A stretch of DNA of 64,000 bases from NCBI GenBank assembly GCA_043228905.1, contig JBHGNT010000008.1, positions 5,952,001 through 6,016,000 of the forward strand. Direction: 5' to 3'. Position numbers and translations under genes: made by a program. The notes beneath the pieces are model-generated. The model did not search any database. It was given only the letters and a program-made list of their open reading frames with translations, and was not told the DNA's origin. Shown here in pieces: positions 52,175 to 64,000 of this stretch. Position 1 is the first letter of the stretch; the number at the start of each line of letters is the position of its first letter. The DNA comes from Azolla caroliniana (lineage: Eukaryota; Plantae; Polypodiophyta).

Positions 52175-52520
52175 GAGACTATGGACTATGGACTAGGGAT
52201 GACATACATACATACATGTACATAATGTAGATATATGTGTTACGTTGGAGACTAGGGACAACATGCATACATATGTACATGACGTAGATATATTGTGTTA
52301 TGTTGGAGACTATGGACTAGGGATGACACACATACATATGTACATAATGTAGATATATGTGTTACGTTGGAGACTAGGGACAACATGCATACATATGTAC
52401 ATGACGTAGATATATTGTGTTATGTTGGAGACTATGGACTAGGGATGACACACATACATATGTACATAACGTAGATATATGTGTTATGTTGGAGATTGTG
52501 GCCTAGGGATGACATAGACA
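52175..52520. repeat. Tandem array of ~58-64-bp units, ~5 copies
   Basis: ggagactatggactagggatgacacacatacatatgtacataatgtagatatatgtgttacgtt is repeated, alternating between two variants. Confidence 0.92.
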
Positions 52521-52599
52521 TATATAGAATTAGTTCCTTGGTCTTTGACCATCTTTGGTCTTATTTTAGACTTCTCTCCTCAAATAAGACCAAACTTTG

Positions 52600-53085
52600 G
52601 TATTATAAAAGAGCATTCCTGGTGTTGTGTATATGTAGTGACCTTGTCGCTCCCCTAGACATCGGCACATAAACGTGAGATTTGACTTCCAATGTGTAAC
52701 TATATTCTTCAGCGGAGAGGGGTTCTATGGAGAGAATTCCCGCAAGCGCTGTTACAGATCATCAAGGAATCACAATACTTGGGATTGGTTCCATGTATCA
52801 TAGATACCTTTTGCGGATGTTCTTTGTACAGTTGGCCTATTAACATATGTGTGTCCATGTATGATGCCTTTTGGGATGTCGTTTGTACTGTGAGACCATT
52901 AACCGATGTGTGTCCATGTATGATAACTTTTGTGGAAGATGTTTGTATTGTAGCACTGTTAACGTGTGTGTGCGTGGAACAATATGTATATGTGTAAGGA
53001 CTTTGTTATGTCTCTAGGTAGCCAAATGGGAGCCAAGAATGAACGTTCAGTTGTTAAAACTTAAAAAGTAAATGTAATAAGAGAA
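52600..53085 (-). repeat. Right arm of a long inverted repeat (partner 47839-48263)
   Basis: Reverse-complement match, with one extra copy of an internal ~58-bp sub-repeat. Confidence 0.95.
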
Positions 53086-53126
53086 ATGTTCAGGTTCCAT
53101 ATTACAGTGTAAATCAAGTTGGAGAT

Positions 53127-60419
<7,293 letters not shown>

Positions 60420-62059
60420 TCCATTTAATCTGTCAAATAAAAGATCATGTAATCCACACCTGATGAACAACCCTCAATTGTTTTTTATGCACATGCATGA
60501 TGGTCAGAATTGTTTTTAAGCAATTGTGAGGGGATCAATTTCACATCATGATTATATTAGGGAATCATTTGAAAACTATCATTACGTCCAATGAAAAGCT
60601 CATCAATACACATTTGGTTTGATGGTGATGAGGAAGACCAAGTGTCGCTATTTTCCTGCAGCCAACCTTACTTTTGTTGTCTATATATTGGTTTTTTGTA
60701 ACTTTTAAAGAGTTCCATTATGTGTGAGTGAGGATCCTTTTGAAGAGCCCTCATGGTATCATAAAAAATTATCAAACAGTCGAGAGACAAGTGGCAAAGT
60801 CAAGTTATAGCCATGTCAAATGTGGCATGTATCCTCCACGACGAATCCTCTACTCAACTTGGTCCAAACCTCAATATCTTTTTCCATTTCTACGTCATCT
60901 TTCGAAGGCTGTGCCTGTGCTTCTTGCACTTTAGTTTATGGTCACAAGTCCGACTCACAACTAGTAATTCGTACCCTGAGACCTCTTGATCGTTCCTTGT
61001 GTTTAATCACAACTAGAGATAACCATTCTAACCTTTGGGTGAATGTACCATTTGCTGCCACTGCCTCAGTAAGTGGCTTAAGTTAGGAAACCCATTACAC
61101 CTGTCAACCATCCCATCCAATGATCTACATTCAGCTTAAGACTTTCCATCAACGTCACCTAGAAGTGTTCACAAATGATTTTTTCCAAGCTGCATCAGAT
61201 TTAAGGGAAGCAAAACAAGCAATGCCCACAATTTAGGGTAACCTCCATGGCCCACTTATTATTTAGAGCACATAATAACATTTTTAAGAAGATTACTAAC
61301 AAAACAATGATAACTAAATATGAATATATGAAAAAGTATGGGCAATTCTAAAGTTACAACTCTGAAGGTTTGCCATACCGTGTATGATGAAGTAATGTGT
61401 TGTGGTACATAACCAACTGGCTAATGGACTAGAAGGGATCGTAATCAAATTATCTTATGAAGTACTGACCAAAACCTTCGAATGTGTTTCAAAATGCTTT
61501 CCAGAGGATCTGCTTTTAACCACATTACCAGATACATGAATGAGGCAACTTTCAATCTCCAGAGAATCATTCACTCCAGTCTAGACCATTCGTAAATCAA
61601 GTTTTTTGGGTGCGTACACAACAATGAAATAACCCCAGAAGAATGAAAACTGCATCTCACAAAGAAGTCTGCAAAGAAAAATGTATTCAACTTTGATGTA
61701 GTATGTTCAGCACACAAGTGAAAACAAGTTTCAAATTGCACAACTTGTTAAGATTGGGAGAGCCACAATGTAATTAATTACAAACAAATTTCCAGTAAGA
61801 TAAAAGTCAAGCTATTGGAGAGTTCCGTAGATGTTAAGATACACCAGAGTATAAGTTTTAAAAACTGCAACATTTTTCCATCCTCATCATCATTACAATC
61901 AAATATCGATTAATCTACAGCATAACCATTTTATGAGTCCTAAAGACAACCATGTTCGAATCGTTAAAAAAAATCTACTGGTGACTAGCAATAAAAAAAA
62001 AGTGCTTACAGATACATCTCGACAAAATTCACGCACAACTGTTATTATACAACGTATGA

Positions 62060-62104
<45 letters not shown>

Positions 62105-62308
62105 ATAGACATATGAGGACAATCACACCCTTTTATCACGCATCGGAGAGAACCATACTAATGAAAAACCCATCTATTTCAAACGATCGTTACATATACA
62201 ATTCCAGAGTCACAAGACTAAAGGTGGATCCATGAAACAGAACTGGGAACACCAATCAGCAAGGGAAGAAATCAAGTCAAGCGAAACGCTATGGTGATAA
62301 AAGAAAGA

Positions 62309-62650
<342 letters not shown>

Positions 62651-62783
62651 TTAGGGTTTCCTTCTGTGTCTGTCTGTACGCGGGAGAAGGCGAAACGCTG
62701 CAGAGAAACGGAAGAAACGGGTACTGATCCTTTCTGCTTTATTCTTCATCTGGTTTGATCTGCACCGTCCATTTCGCCCCTCC

Positions 62784-62886
62784 AGATCTAACGGCTCCCC
62801 CATATTCAATGTCGCGGATCGATCCTGCTCCACATCGTTCGATGGGCGCCGCACGATGAGGCTGGCTTTGCCCACCATCTAACGGT
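62784..62886. promoter_or_regulatory. Plant histone promoter elements: octamer CGCGGATC and nonamer-like motifs
   Basis: CGCGGATC at 62813-62820, ~200 bp upstream of the H4 ATG; GATCTAACGG at ~62785 and CATCTAACGG at ~62876. Confidence 0.7.
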
Positions 62887-62944
62887 GGAGAGCCACGGCC
62901 TCGAGAAAACACAATTATCTCATCGGAGAGGCAAACCTCCCCGA

Positions 62945-63410
62945 TGGCTGGGCTGGGACACACGTTGGCTTCTCGGGACACACCCATGATGGGCAAGACC
63001 CGCGTTGGCTTCCTGGGACACACCTTTCCCGATGTGTGGGTCCCGTGTTGGCTTACCGGGGACACACCACTGATGAATGGGACCCACGTTGGCTTCCGTG
63101 GACACACCTTTCATGGATGGGTCCCATGTTGGCCTCCCAGGACACACCTCCCAATGGGTGGGTCCCATGTTGGCTTATTGGGGACACACCTCTAATGAAT
63201 GGGACCCACGTTGGCTTCCATGGACACAACTCTCATTGGGCAGTACCCGTATTGGCTTCCCTGGACACACCTCTCAATGGGTGGTACTTGTGTTCGCTTC
63301 CCTGGACGCACCTCCCAATGGGTGGGACCCATGTTGGCTTATCGGGACACACCTCTCGATGGGTAGGACCTGCATTAGCTTCCTTGGAACATGCCCCCAA
63401 TGGGTAGGGC
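62945..63410. repeat. Minisatellite, ~40-bp unit x ~12
   Basis: gttggcttccctggacacacctcccaatgggtgggacccat-type unit, repeated. Confidence 0.9.
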
Positions 63411-63917
63411 TTGTAGTTTCAAGTACAACTAACACACTATTGTGTGACTAGAGGACGATGCTTGCTACCCATGGATAGACATATTGTCTTTTGTTTGTCT
63501 CCCTCGCTTACTACCCTCTTTACCTTTGTTCTCAGCTATTGGACCACCTACCTTGCCCTGCCCATCAACCCCAATTTTATTCCTTTCAACATTGTTGATT
63601 TCATATATGTATGTTCTACATATATCCAATGGCATGTCATAGATTTGCATTTTCGAAAAGGGGTGGCACAAAAAGATGGGAATAGTGTGGGTCAGATGTT
63701 AATACAAACTCCGTGGCATCTTTATATCCACGATGAGTATAATTAAGGAAGAAGAGTAAAACTATGTACTTACATCTACCTTGTACAAAACAAGGTCACG
63801 AATAAATGCTTAGACTTTGCAATAGGCATTCTCGGTCATGCGTAAGACTTGCAATCGTGTCACCATGTGCCATCTACGGGCATTCCATCTGCTCGCCAGG
63901 GTTACCGATGCTACTAT

Positions 63918-63963
63918 GAAGAAGAAGAAGAAGAAGAAGAAGAAGAAGAAGACGACGAAGAAG
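63918..63963. repeat. (GAA)n microsatellite
   Basis: Directly visible in the sequence. Confidence 0.95.
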
Positions 63964-64000
63964 ACTCGTTAGTAAGGGTAATAGAATCGTATACGGTACT

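Noticed and set aside
52175-52520. Regular repeats resembling a CRISPR array (also 14050-14830 and 62945-63410)
   Set aside because: Units are contiguous with no unique spacers, there are no cas genes, and the context is eukaryotic.

Overview
Repeat-rich eukaryotic nuclear DNA from a land plant. The style of the PPR and retroelement proteins suggests a seed-free plant such as a fern; this is an inference. Bases 1-35.6 kb are a nest of transposons: several decayed Ty1/copia copies, a LINE, and a Ty3/gypsy family (one young near-complete element plus three related LTRs). That gypsy family has 4-bp NCGN target sites, an apparent G_GAU_UUU -1 frameshift placed after the protease, and tRNA-like modules inside its LTRs. 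A 6.4-kb non-autonomous DNA transposon (21831-28272, bipartite TIRs, perfect 8-bp TSD) splits a copia RT and carries captured TIC20 and SAM-synthetase sequence. Bases 39-64 kb are more genic: an intronless Ser/Pro-rich gene, LINE/SINE remnants, a PLS/E-class PPR pseudogene with a Cys/His/Lys heptad insert bracketed by ~430-490-bp inverted repeats, a multi-exon MEE13-like coiled-coil gene, and an intact histone H4 gene with its promoter octamer.
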